A DNA stretch of 64,000 nt, from the NCBI GenBank assembly GCA_017654855.1, contig CM030333.1, positions 4,402,001 to 4,466,000 of the forward strand, read 5' to 3'. The stretch comes from Podospora anserina. Lineage: Eukaryota. The notes beneath the pieces are model-generated. The model was given only the letters and a program-made list of their open reading frames with translations, was not told the DNA's origin and did no database searches. Below, piece after piece: positions 24,601 to 36,740 of the stretch (positions within the stretch are counted from its first letter, which is position 1; each line of letters starts with the position of its first letter). The position numbers and the translations under genes are program-made.

Positions 24601-27600
24601 GTAGGATTCAGATCAAGACAAGGCAACCAAATCGTGCCCATCTTTTCACCACGGAGTTTACCGCCTCTTCCTCGAGGTAGTGTAGGTAGGCACCTGTATC
24701 CCATCCTGTCTAGCCTTCCCAACCACACGCCGAGAGAAGCGATCAAAAAGCAAAATGAAACAAAAAGTGGCGTTTTTTAAACGCCCTACCTCCCACGTCA
24801 AAAACAGGGGTCGCCAGTACGAAGGATCTCATCGGATTGGTCTGTTGCTTCACCCACCCTCAAAAGTACCGTCACCAAAATCTAGACCTTCTTTCCTACA
24901 TCTGCCCGCGCATTGGGACGATTCCTGTCTCGTCTTAGCGGAGAGGCGGTGATGGCATGATTTATAAGTCCCAAAGTGCCGGGTCGGCCGCTAATGGTTT
25001 CTTGTCGGGAAACATGGGGAGATGGTGGTTAAGGTGAGCAGTCAAAGTTGGCAAGGGATGGGAGAAACAAACAAACGGTGAGAGAGACATTTCTCCATAT
25101 GTACCCCTATTTTTCACGATGAGACGGAAACATCTCCGGATACCTACCCAACGAGATGTTGAGAACAGACGGGTCTGTGAGTACATGATGTACAATGCCC
25201 TATCCCAATTCCAAACACATGGCTTTTCACTCCTGCCTTGCATAGCATAGAATCGGCAGTGGACATCAGTAGTCTCAAAACTTTGTTCATCTCTTCTAGC
25301 CTTATTACCTCCAACGCCCAAAACCGATGATGCACGTTCTGGAGAAAGTGATGAGGCTCGACCACCACCGCCATCCCTACTAGCAAACCACGGTGCCACG
25401 TTGTCCGTTGTCCCCCCGCCATCAAAGCGTTCCCTAGATAGCCTTGTGGGGTTTGGTTGGGGTTGTTCGCAAGATATCAAATCACGGCAAAGTTTTCAAA
25501 ATTCTCTCTGCACCCCATGTTGCGAAAATGCTAGCTCGCGCAACCGATAAAACTCACCCCATTTTCTTCCATTCGTGGCCCGTCCCACTTCCCATTCGGG
25601 AAACTCGGCCGGGTTTGTTGCAAGCTGATGAGCATGCGGCTAGCAAATGGTTGGGTTAGTTTTGCGTGAGCGGTTGGTGGGAGAGTAACCTCACCAGAGG
25701 TAACTGCCGGGGGATTGACAAGTACCTCTCCTAAGTAAGGTAACTAGGACGCCATCGAATCGCAAATTCCAATCTGTCGGGTGGTGCAGAGAACAAGGGT
25801 TGATTAGAAAAGAGAAGAAAAAACAAAATGCCATGCCGTGATGCTGCTGCAGCGGCGGCGGCGGGGTCTAATCCAAAGGTCCAGATTCCCGGAATTTGTT
25901 GCTTGTCACCACCTTGTTGACCTTCAACAAAGCTGCAGGCGAGAGATCTCTGGACGCCTCTTTCTGTCCCCCTCCCTCCCTCGCCTAAAATGTCTCGAGT
26001 TTTGTTTTCTGCCGGTAAGGCAAGGACCCTGAAAAAAAGCCACAGACAAACAGAGAGAGATAATCAGATGATTAATAGCATCTCGGAGGTCTTGCCCGTC
26101 TGGAAATTCAAGTCATGTCCGGCATCATATAGTGTTACAAAACTGACATGAATATCAATAATCCATAATATGCAACAACAACTGTAAGACACCGTCGTCC
26201 CGGTGCAGTTGAGTTGCAAGCAGCAACCCGGAACATTCCCACTTTCAGCCCTCCCCCCCCGGTGTTGTTGTGCAAGTCAAAGAAAGAGAGAGAAATGGTT
26301 CATGTCAGTACCCGCGTCAAATTGATTTTGTTTCCCGTAATCCTGGTTCCCTTGGGAGGAACTGCAACCGTCTCGTCAAATCGTCAAAATCATACCAACT
26401 CATCATATTTCCCCCCCAAGTCATTCCTGCTTTTATTTTTGGCCTCTCCCAATGGTGTGTGTGCGTCGCGCGGCACTGAAAGGAAGATCCCGAACCACTC
26501 TCCCGGGACACACAACGCAAAACAAAAAACAAAAAGCCTCTCCCTTCTTTTCCCCCCTGCCCTCATCTTGTCTGTTCTCTTGTCACCTGCCTAATCGGGA
26601 CAAATCAGGGACCCAAGGACCATGGTGATGGCGCCTCAAGCGCGCGCGCGCCGCCGGGGTAGGGAAAAGCCAGATCTTTGGTTCCGATCCCCCCACCCAA
26701 AACACCACCCCCAAGATTGTGTTTTGTTGTGAGGTGAAGCATGACGAAACCCCCCGCTCCCATGGGAGGAGCGAAATGAAATGCTACCTCATCTTCAACG
26801 ACGACAACAACAAGGCAAGAATGATGGGGGTTATTTCTGCGCGCGCACATACTGCGCGTGGAATCCAGGGTCCTGTCATCAGTGCTGTGTGTGGGAATCG
26901 ATCAAGTCCGCATGTCCGCGATCCCAATATAGGTATCTTTGTTGTTGTAACCATGGATATAGGTTCGTCAGTCAATCGTGTGATATCCCCCCCCCTCCCC
27001 CCCCGTCCCTCTCCGTCCCTCTCCGTACCTCAACACCCAAACACCAGGATAATCCCATCTTCTGCTCATATTAATTGGCTTGGGTCCCGAGAACAAGTCA
27101 AATCCCAATTAACTGATGAGCCCCCAGTCTGTATCTCAATCGCGGCTCTCCACAGAGATGACATCGTGGCATCTTGGCACTGTTTCCAGGCCTCCTGCCA
27201 TCATCCAGTTATTCCTTCTCTTGGGCCCGCTTGTTTTTACCGAAGTTTTAATGTTTTTGTTTTTGGCACACTCACGTTCATGCGTTTTCCATCTTGTCGT
27301 TCCAAAACCAAAATGCACGGAACTTTGAAAAGCGCGGCCCCCTGGTTCATCATGTTATCTGGCCCGAGCCCAAAAGACACAGAAGCGTCTGCAACCTCGT
27401 CATCGAAAAACTAATAATAACGTACCGAGAAATGTGTGTGCTGTGTGTGTGCAGAATGTGCAAGACATGATGTGGCAAGAAATACGAAGCGAAAACTTCC
27501 TAGACATTCTTCCTCATGGCTGGCAAAACAGGCCAAGCAAGGAGGGATGAATCGTCATGATCCGCGCGGGGGAAACCAAGAGGAGGTGTGGTGTTGAGAG

Positions 27601-30088
27601 CCCGCGGTCTGGAACACCTCTCGCAAAACTTCGCTTGATAATATCACCCAGTGAGTGCCCACCTTCAGCACCACCCTTTCCCTTCGCTCGCTTGTTGAGG
27701 GAAATATCAAGGCCACCCATCCATCCATCTGTCAAGGGTGGGCGAGCGAGGAAAGTGGTCCCGTGTTGCAACCAAGGCGGCGCTGCTTGTGCCACCGCTG
27801 TGAGAACTGGGCGAGTAGTGAGGTCCTGCCCGCAAGCACTGTACTGTACTATATATCAACCGCATGTTATGATCTGCAGGACAGCGATGCCCACGCCCAT
27901 GTCGAGGTCGATGGGGGTATGGGTGGTGCCGCCCAATACCACCTCCTGATGGAAAATGCGTGTGACACTTCGAGTGAGATATCCATGGGAAGCGACTCGT
28001 CAATCAATCACGGACGGGAGGGGGGAGAGTCTCATCGCATTTCTCCAAACTCGTATCTTCCATTCACCTTGTTCGCTGGCTGCCAGATAGCAAGTGTGGT
28101 GCGCGCCCCTGTTCAAGAACGCCGCCGGGCCCGAGCCTCAACCCTTTTCCCCCGCTATCATCGGCTAGTTCCTGAACTTCCTCTGAGGGGACGATGGGCC
28201 CAGAACCCTAGTGGGCGATGATGGTGAGTGATGGCTGCTGTTGATAGGCTGCGTCGAGATAAGCATACCGGAAACTTGGCGTTCCGGGGCAAGGTCCAGC
28301 GAATATGACCCCCCGTCCCTGTCTAGCTCGACTAGTTCACCACATTTCCCTTTTTGAACGAGGCGCTAGATCGACAAGCGGGATGGCGCCTTCAGGCGTC
28401 TCTTGGGGCCCATCACGGACCTCATCTCGTCCAAAGACACCCAGAAGCATGTCGTCGTCGCAGGAAAAACCAGTCACCATCGTGGACACAACATCTGCTA
28501 GGAACTCCATGGTCTGTAAAATGCTGTGTTCCCGTGAAACCAAATCTCACTCGTCCATAATAGTGTGAAATCGTATAGTGTCTTGACCTTGGAATTAATT
28601 GACGGACCCTTGCATCTTGTCGCCAAATTTAGGACCACAGTTACATCGGACAGCAGACCTTCACTGCCCCAACCTTGTCCACCACCGTCACCGTGCGGGC
28701 CGCTGTTTAAACTCCGACCAAGGTGTGAGCATCATCATGACCACCCACCTTCTTTCCTGCGGTGCGGGGGTATTGGGGTAGCGGCCGTCAGGTGGCACGA
28801 CATGTTTGAACACTTGGCCGCTTGACATGCCCGGTTTCTCGTTACCTCGCAGCGTTCCAGCGATGCGGGCATGCGTCAAAGGCTCTGCATCGGAAAAAGG
28901 CCTTTCTTCAAGTGCTTTCAGTCGAGTGTCATGCAAACCGCACCACCCCGAGCCTCGCAGTCTCGGTTGAATGCGGCAACCAATGTCTATTGTCTTTGAT
29001 GGCCATTTCCAACCCTCGATTGGCTCCCACCACCCTCGGTGTGCCCGCCGTGTGGTCGTAGTAGGTGAGTCGAAATATTGATTTTGACGGCGGGTTCTGG
29101 AAATTGATATTAGTGACGGGAGGTCCTCTTGGCGGGGTTTAACGTGCGTGCAGCAAGACGGCGCCTGCGACGGTCTGTCTTTGCGCCTGTGAGAACGCCG
29201 CTACCCTACGCCATCCCATAGCCATATGCCGGACTGTTGACCGATGTGGCGCTTTGCTTGCCACAGGATGAAGCCACTGTGACTGTCCTCTGAACTTTGC
29301 TGGACAGCGTTTGACCAGCGAATGGGAAACCATCGGGGAAAGACATGATATGTTTTCCTGTTCTCTCCTGGACGCCGATGGTCGGTGATTGGTCACACAT
29401 GTCACCAGTTCTGACCGTGGAATATGAGGTCGGGGTGATATTACCCAACTTATCAGGCCTCATGCGAACGGAACTTGCCGGCTAGGAAGGTCACGGTCCT
29501 CTCTTTCGGACACTGTGTTGCAGCATGGCGGATCTTGGTAAATGAGGGTTCAACCTCAGATGTATCTTGAGACGTGGCTCGCGTCCTACAGACGACAAGT
29601 GTCGCAGGAGATTTGACTCTGATTTATCATGTTGTTAGTGGAGGGAGACATAGGAACTTTGCTAAACTATGTCTGAGTAGTTGCTGTCTGGACACTGAAA
29701 TTGTCCTGTCGAAAGTGTTCATGCAGTCCAAGCGGTTGAGGAAACACAAACTTACTAGTCTGTATTTGGACTAGCCCGATAATGAGCTCGTTTACATTTT
29801 CTACTTTTGTTTTATGCTGGTCGGTCACTGCCGCGATCTCACAGGGCTCGTCTGGAAAGTTTGGAGATCTGCAGCTAAGTGGACAGGGGCCAACACAAAA
29901 GATCTCTCTTTGGGACTTCGTTGTTGTGTATCAAGGAGCTTTCAAGCGGGGTTGTTGAGACGTTGACCGTAATAACTCGAAGACTACCGGAACGAAGCCC
30001 GAGCTTGACTCTTGACCGAAGACTGGACAAGATGGACGGTGCCTGCAAGCTGTCTGTCATGACGTGAGGTAGTCTGCTCGCTTCGTGT

Positions 30089-30137
30089 GCACTGACGAAT
30101 GAGCACTGACTGATGAGCACTGACGAATGAGCGCTGA
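30089..30137. repeat. 14-bp minisatellite, 3.5 copies (GCACTGACGAATGA)
   Basis: GCACTGACGAATGA GCACTGACTGATGA GCACTGACGAATGA GCGCTGA. Confidence 0.9.
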
Positions 30138-33100
30138 TCGGTGGTTGCTTGGAATGGCCGGTCTGTCTTTCTGGACACCGGCGGTGGGTTGCCGGAGTCT
30201 GGTGGGATGAAGCGGCCGGAGTCGGTCCGTTGTCAGCCGGGCCGGCGAGGGTTTTGTCCTTGTTCTCGGATCCGGTCCGGGATGGACAACCATCTCAACG
30301 CCACCATGCATTCCACTGCAGGTGCAATTCTGCTCTCGAAATTTGGGGAGCGAATTGCTCTTTTCGTTCAGTCTTGGTCCATACCCAGTTGGTCGAGATG
30401 GCGTAAATGATTGGGGGCTGTCCTCTGCTGTCACCATCTTGGAGGGGCACGAGGGGGTGACGGTTTGTGGTTGATGTGTGTCCCAGTCAAGTGGGGTGGT
30501 CGGCAGAGGGCCAGGCTGTGGGCGCTGTCTGGGCGATCTCCGCATGGCTTGATTTGACTGGAGATGCACACCGCTCGGGGAGGCCGCCTTGGCAGGACCC
30601 AGAGAGGAAAACGCGGCGTGCACGGGCCAAATGGTTTTCTCCGCTTGCTTCGTGTCCGAAGGTCGGCATCGCGAACATGTTGTCGTCGCCGGCGTTATGA
30701 TGGGATGGGTTACGACTGCTTGAGAGATGGAGAATATCAACAGTCTGCCTTGCCAGTGATCTTTCTTGCAGCGGGAAGCTCCCGAAACCGTCCTCAGAGC
30801 CTTGCAGAGGTCAACATGAAACTGCCCAGCAGGCCTGTCGCACTGGTTGCCCAAAATGGCTTCGAGATGTCATTAGATCAGTGTTCGAACGAGAGTGGAT
30901 GAAAGGGTGAGAGGGTGCTGCCGCGGGTAGGGGTGCGTTGCGTTGCGATGATGCGCTGGGGAATCAACACAAAACTCTTCAGCCAGGGTTCCTGACGACA
31001 TTGAGAACATGGATGCAGCTGTGGAGATTGACGTGCGAAGTACCTCAGGGCTTGGTCGAAGTACCAGTGGAACCAGGGCAGTGTATTACATAAGGTAAGG
31101 TGTGAGTTGGCGGGTTCTCTTCTGAAAACCGCGCACAGCAAATCGACTGGTGGTCCACTCGCAGCATCACTGGGCTCAGCCCTATCACTGTTCCCAGATC
31201 GAGAAAAGATGTTGCAAGATTTCAGCCACGCATCGGTTTCTATGTAAGGTATGTTGGCACCGACCTTTCGAACACGTCGATATCAGTCTTCACCTGCGCG
31301 TTGGAAGCTCTACATTTCCAACTTGGATTAACAAGGTGAGCAGCTCAAGCCTATCGCCACGTTTCCGAGCAGGATGGATGTTCCCCCGTCAGTTTGGCGC
31401 TAGACAGGCATCATTGCCGACTGCCCGGGGGATGAGCACATTAAAATCTGATGAACGACTGCTCTGACCGCTCCCTGACATGGACTATTATCACTATTAT
31501 TCGTACCCACCTGTTGAAAACTTGAGTCGAGGGATGTTCAAAGGTAACAAATCTCTCATTATCAACAAAAGTCGTTGGTGAGAATCCTGCGGCGTAGGAC
31601 TCTTGTCTCTTCGGGTGAATTCATCCGAATCTTACTGTCGTATGGCTACGTGCCCGGCCTGCTGTGCCAACAAGAGGCATCATGCACCCCCATGTTGCAC
31701 TCCAGATGGACTTGATTGTAGAATCAAGAAATCTTTATTCAGCGAAACTTCGAGGGTACTCGCGGCTCTGCTGCAGTGCGTTTGGCTGCTCTTGAGCTGG
31801 TCGCTTGTTGGCCGACATCAAACTGCTCCAGGCCTGATGTGTCGAGACCCAAGGGACGAGAAACGAGAAAAAGAAAACAAGCCACTCCCCTATTTCCTAC
31901 AGATCGTGGACATTCGTTGGGTCCAATCAGATTGCAGGATTACATTGGCATTAACATGCACCACTGCATGGCATGGACCCTGTGTGCCGCACTCAGTGAC
32001 GGGACTTGTTTGGCACCACCGCAACCACCAACCAAGCATCAAGTCATGGACTGCCAGAGGTCTTGAATCATCGTCGAGATGTCTGACCTCTCTGCCAGGA
32101 ACCAACGTCAGCCTCTGCGTGTCCAAAGCCGTAGTGCGGCAGGGACTCGGGCTCACTGCCGGCGGGGGTGGCGGAGCGAAGCATGGTTCGCTAACAGCCG
32201 TTTGACTGAAATAGACCAACAAGTCTGGGCACGGCATGGCACTGGATAATGGCATGAAGTGAGTGGTGATGCTTCTGCCAGTGTTTCGGATGGAAGAGAA
32301 GATTGGAAAGATACGAACTGAATAGGGCCTGAGACGAGCATGTGGTAGAGCCTCGACTGTGCCATCGCGAGGCCTCGAATACATGAGAGCATGTCGGCTT
32401 CGCATCGCTCATTGGCCGAGTCCATCCACACAAAACGTTGGAGCGTAGACGCACTCCGAAGGGCTGCTTGCTTCGACCCAAGCCTGTGACTGAACCCCAC
32501 GATTGGGACCTGGTGGTGGCTCTCACGCGAGGTGGCGCCAAAGCTTGGCAGGAAGTTGTACACTTGCAGTCAGGTTATCTGATCTCACCACGCTTCGATA
32601 GGAGCTGCACCTGTACTCGTATCCGTGATAGCTATGGTGGATGAACGGATTTTCTTTCAGACACCGAACCAGCAAAACACAGTAGACTATGCCCGAGAGC
32701 ACCACCGACTAGAGCCAGGCAATCCGAGCCTGCGGGTGCTTGCATACACGTAGGCAGACGACTTTGACAATGGAGTCCGCTACTTACTGCCTTGCCTCAG
32801 GAAATGGAATTTATGAACTAGTACTGTCGCAGTCGGTAACGTTAGCAGGAGATGTTGCCTCGAACAAATCCACACTGTCGGTATCTATCTAGAAACATAG
32901 ACAGAACGACACACCGGGCGCGATGAGGTCCTTCCTACATGGATCGCTTGGAATGAAATTGAATCGTATGTAGAATATCTGTACGTCGACCGGTGTCACA
33001 GCATTGTCTCTGCTTTGACTGGTCCCGACTCCAAGGGTAGCACCGCCCCCGAAGCCGTGTCTTTTTTTGGATTTTACCTTTTTGAAGCTCCCCCACAGTT

Positions 33101-36100
33101 CCGGGAGAGACACAGGTCCCGCCCCGCCCGTAGCCGTAAAGAAGCCAATAAGCCACGGAATGGTGGATCATGGCGACTCAGCCACGCCAAGACCTCTTTG
33201 GGCATCATTGGAACTTTGAGGTTTCTCCAACAATTTGATCTCTTTTGCAGGACTGGCACTTCAACGTCGACGTCTGCAATAGTACCAACAACCGGGAATC
33301 ACCCGGCAGCATTCAAGTGGATATGAAGGTTGATGGGAATGTGACAGGAATATAGCTAATGAGCATGTGTTTACTACGTAGCACATGCCATCTCCAAATA
33401 AGCAGGGCGAAACATCAGGGTCCTATGCACTTCTCACATTGACAACCGACTCTCTTGCCCTGCGTCGGCTCCTCGATCCACAACAGCTTCCGGTACATTC
33501 TTTATCAGAGACACTGTGCCGCTTTCCGCTGGCCCCGAATGGTCCTGATGTCTGAGGCCCTTCGTTCGTCCCGACTTGCATCATAGAGTGCCGTGTTACT
33601 TGGCTTTGCACCGATTGTGATGGTCCACCAGAAGGAGATCCAGTGGGTCGCCCCGGATCACCGGTTGTGCAACTCGATCCAGAGATACATACAGATTATC
33701 AATTTCGCGCTCCCGCATCGTGCATCGCTTCATCAACGGCCACTGCTGTCGCTGTTGACGTTGGAAAAGCGAATGTGATCTTGGCACCGATATGTCATCT
33801 TTGATACCACATTACACTTTTACGCTAAAAAGCTTGGCTTAAACAAACATGGCGGGTGATGCTGATCAAACAGTGTCAATTGGTCGCCCCCAGTCCACAG
33901 TACCAAACTACAGAATCTTGCTCTGTTCTGTTCCCGAGCCTGTATTTCTAGTGTTCCTCGCCGGGCATTCTCCGATCAAACGAAACACAGAAAAATGCAT
34001 TAGAGAAGAACAGCAACACGTGTTCGGCAAGACAGACAGGCACGGACAAATTATCCACTGGATGGGATACGGAGATGGAAAATGATGGGTTCCGCAGCCG
34101 GCAACATGGGTGCTCGTGCTGCTGCCATTTTAACCAAGCCGTCGCACCCGCATTATCCGAACTCTCATTTGTTTTTGGTGGACCATCTGATTTCTTGCGG
34201 GTTGAGACCAAGACCGTGACATCTCCGCGCCGGCGCCGGATCTATGTACGAGCCCGCAGGTTTTTCCCTGATACTTACGTCGTTCACCTTGACCACCCTC
34301 GGCCGAACGAACACGAGCCTCGGATGGGTTCGACCTCTCATTTTTCTCGCCCTGACGGGACATGCAACATGCTTGCATCATACAACACAACTTCGGGCTT
34401 CACCCACGGGAACTGTTCATGGTAGCTATATGTCATAAGGTAGCATCTTTCCAAAGTTCCGGCTTCGGTTTGACAGGCGGCCAACAGGTGGAAGAAAAGG
34501 ACAAGAAAAAAGGATGACATGGCACGAAACAACAACAACAACAACGCGAGGGCACCGGAACACATGCCGATTCCCTGCAGGACAAGATCTTTCTAGTAAT
34601 AACTAGTAGAACTGTTTACTGTTGGCTTCAACGGTCCCCAGTTGGAAAAGGCCCAAGTCAAGTCATGAGATGCCAAGAGCCACTGTGCACACCCACGCAG
34701 GACATCACATACGTCAAGCCACGATTTGCTGCACAAAAAGTTGTACACTCTCCTCCCCTCCTTTTTGGCAGGACAGCTCTGCCTAATGCGGGTGCAGATA
34801 AGGCTGTGCACTTTATTTCGAGCGTGCACAGCACATTGCACATCACACCCGTCTGAGCTTCCCATTGGCTGCTCAGGGCGGTCAAGCCACTATGTACATG
34901 TTCGAAGGGCAGCTTAATCATCGGACGGCCGGAGGGGTAAGAATGCGCAGCAGCTACCCGCACCGCAGCACAGCACAGCACAAAGAGGGATGGAGTAAAA
35001 ATATCTTTTTTCTTCTTCTCTTGCTGTATGGATTCGAAGCAGTTGACGTCTTTTCTACATGCTGCGATATACCGGGACCTGCGGCACGGCCAGAGCCTCC
35101 ACAATATCACGGCACTTGTGGTGATAACCTCTCGTGGGTCAGATCGCGAATCGTGATCGCAGCCAAAGGTCCACTTCGGAGCCACCAGAATTCTGCAATA
35201 CCGGTGATGGCGTTTTTCGCTCTCTGCCGGTTGCCCCGTGGCCGGCGGTCGGTCATCTCTTGGCCGGCTTTGCAGTGGAGAAATTGATCAGAGGTGATGC
35301 TTGCAAAGAAGGGTCTCGCCCCCTCGACGTCGACTGCGAGGAGGGGTGGTGGGTGAGGAGTCTGTTTCTGGTGAGGGGAGTGAGGGGAAAAGCATGCTTT
35401 AGTCTCCCAAAACGGCGTATGGGCCGTGAGACAAGTCTTTGAAGGGCTTGCCCGTTGTACAACAGCCACAGGGACAGCAACAGATGATCATCAACCTCAT
35501 GATGAGGGAAACAGGCGGTTGGCGTCAGTTGCTGCGGTCATCCCGGCCGCCTACTATAGTTACCTGTCCCTCATCAGGGGAAAAGAAGCAAGTCCTCAGT
35601 GATAAGAGGGAAGACATCGAAACACCATCCTGTCTCGCTTCCGACACTGATGCCCCTTGCGCCGACAGCAGAATCTATGATAGCAACAAAGGAGAAGGGC
35701 ACAAATAGCAGGTAGCCAGCGAATGGCAATGTCCGGGCTGGTTCCAGAGTCCAGAACGTGGGGGACAGAGTACCCGATCAGGACGAGGAGCAGAAACAGT
35801 TTCAGTGATGAAGAGCGGGAAGGAGATGGCCGACCATGGTCGCGGCTGGTCCATTCTTCGGGACCCAGAGGCGTGGACGGGATTTCATCTCTCTTCTGTC
35901 TGTCTTGCATTCTTCCTGATCCTCCTCTGTCTTGTTGATCCGGGGACTTCTGACTGACTTCCATCTGGGGGAGAAACAGAAAGGGAAAAGTAAACTGCAA
36001 CTGCAAGCACGCACCAAGCCTCGAGGTCTCCGCCGACACTCGCTAACCCCTGTCTTTGTCGGTGGCCAACCAGAGGTTCGGAACTGACCAGGACTGGAGG

Positions 36101-36644
36101 GAACCCATCCCCCGCCCTCCCTTGTATCTTGTACCTTTTGTACTCCTTCATGTACCCAGCCTCATGTCACCATCCCAATCCCAATGTACCTCCGTCCCAG
36201 AAGTGAAGTCGCTGGGCCCCTGCCCCATGCCCCCCTGCCCCTGTCAACCCTCCCCTTGTTCCCCTGCAAATTCGTGAACTGACCACAGCCTCTCTGACTG
36301 GGCACTGGGGCCCTACTGGGAGATCGATGCCTCCACCACCTCTGGGCCTGCAAGATGTGAATGGGGGGGTATTTAGAATCCTCATCCCCCCGCCCAAACC
36401 TTTCCACTGGCGCACCTCATCCCGTGTCAAACACCAAATCCATATCCCCGGATCCAAACAAGTCCACCGCCTCGGGCCGTCTCCGACAAGGACTTACACA
36501 CTCGTTCCACTGCGGCTTTGGTGTATAATAACAATAGCTTGGAAAGAACAGCAGAACAGCAGAGTTTTTGGAAAGAGAGAAGATCAACACAACCCGATCA
36601 GCAACAACACGGCACAGTCCCACACCTGAGCAGGCACAACTGAG

Positions 36645-36710
36645 GTCCGTCTCTTAAAGCCCACGCGCTGCCACGAGGCAGCTGGACTGACGCCATTTGT
36701 CTCTCTCTAG
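36645..36710 (+). other. Putative 5'-UTR intron of the C2H2 transcription factor gene
   Basis: G|GTCCGT donor, CTGAC branch and CTCTCTCTAG acceptor, 30 nt upstream of ATG 36741; TATAATA at ~36524. Confidence 0.55.
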
Positions 36711-36740
36711 CTCAGCATCTTCTTCCTTCACAGGCATCAA

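Noticed and set aside
30089-30140. CTGATGAG within the minisatellite (also at 25625 and 27113) as a hammerhead ribozyme core, or the repeat as a CRISPR array
   Set aside because: No stem II followed by GAAA and no flanking stems; the repeats have no spacers and the genome is eukaryotic.
26719-32405. ORFs of 170-265 aa in the gene desert (26719..27414, 27655..28221, 30057..30854, 31603..32205, 31890..32405)
   Set aside because: No domain similarity that I can recognise, no codon bias, and most have non-ATG starts; consistent with chance ORFs in ~52% GC DNA.
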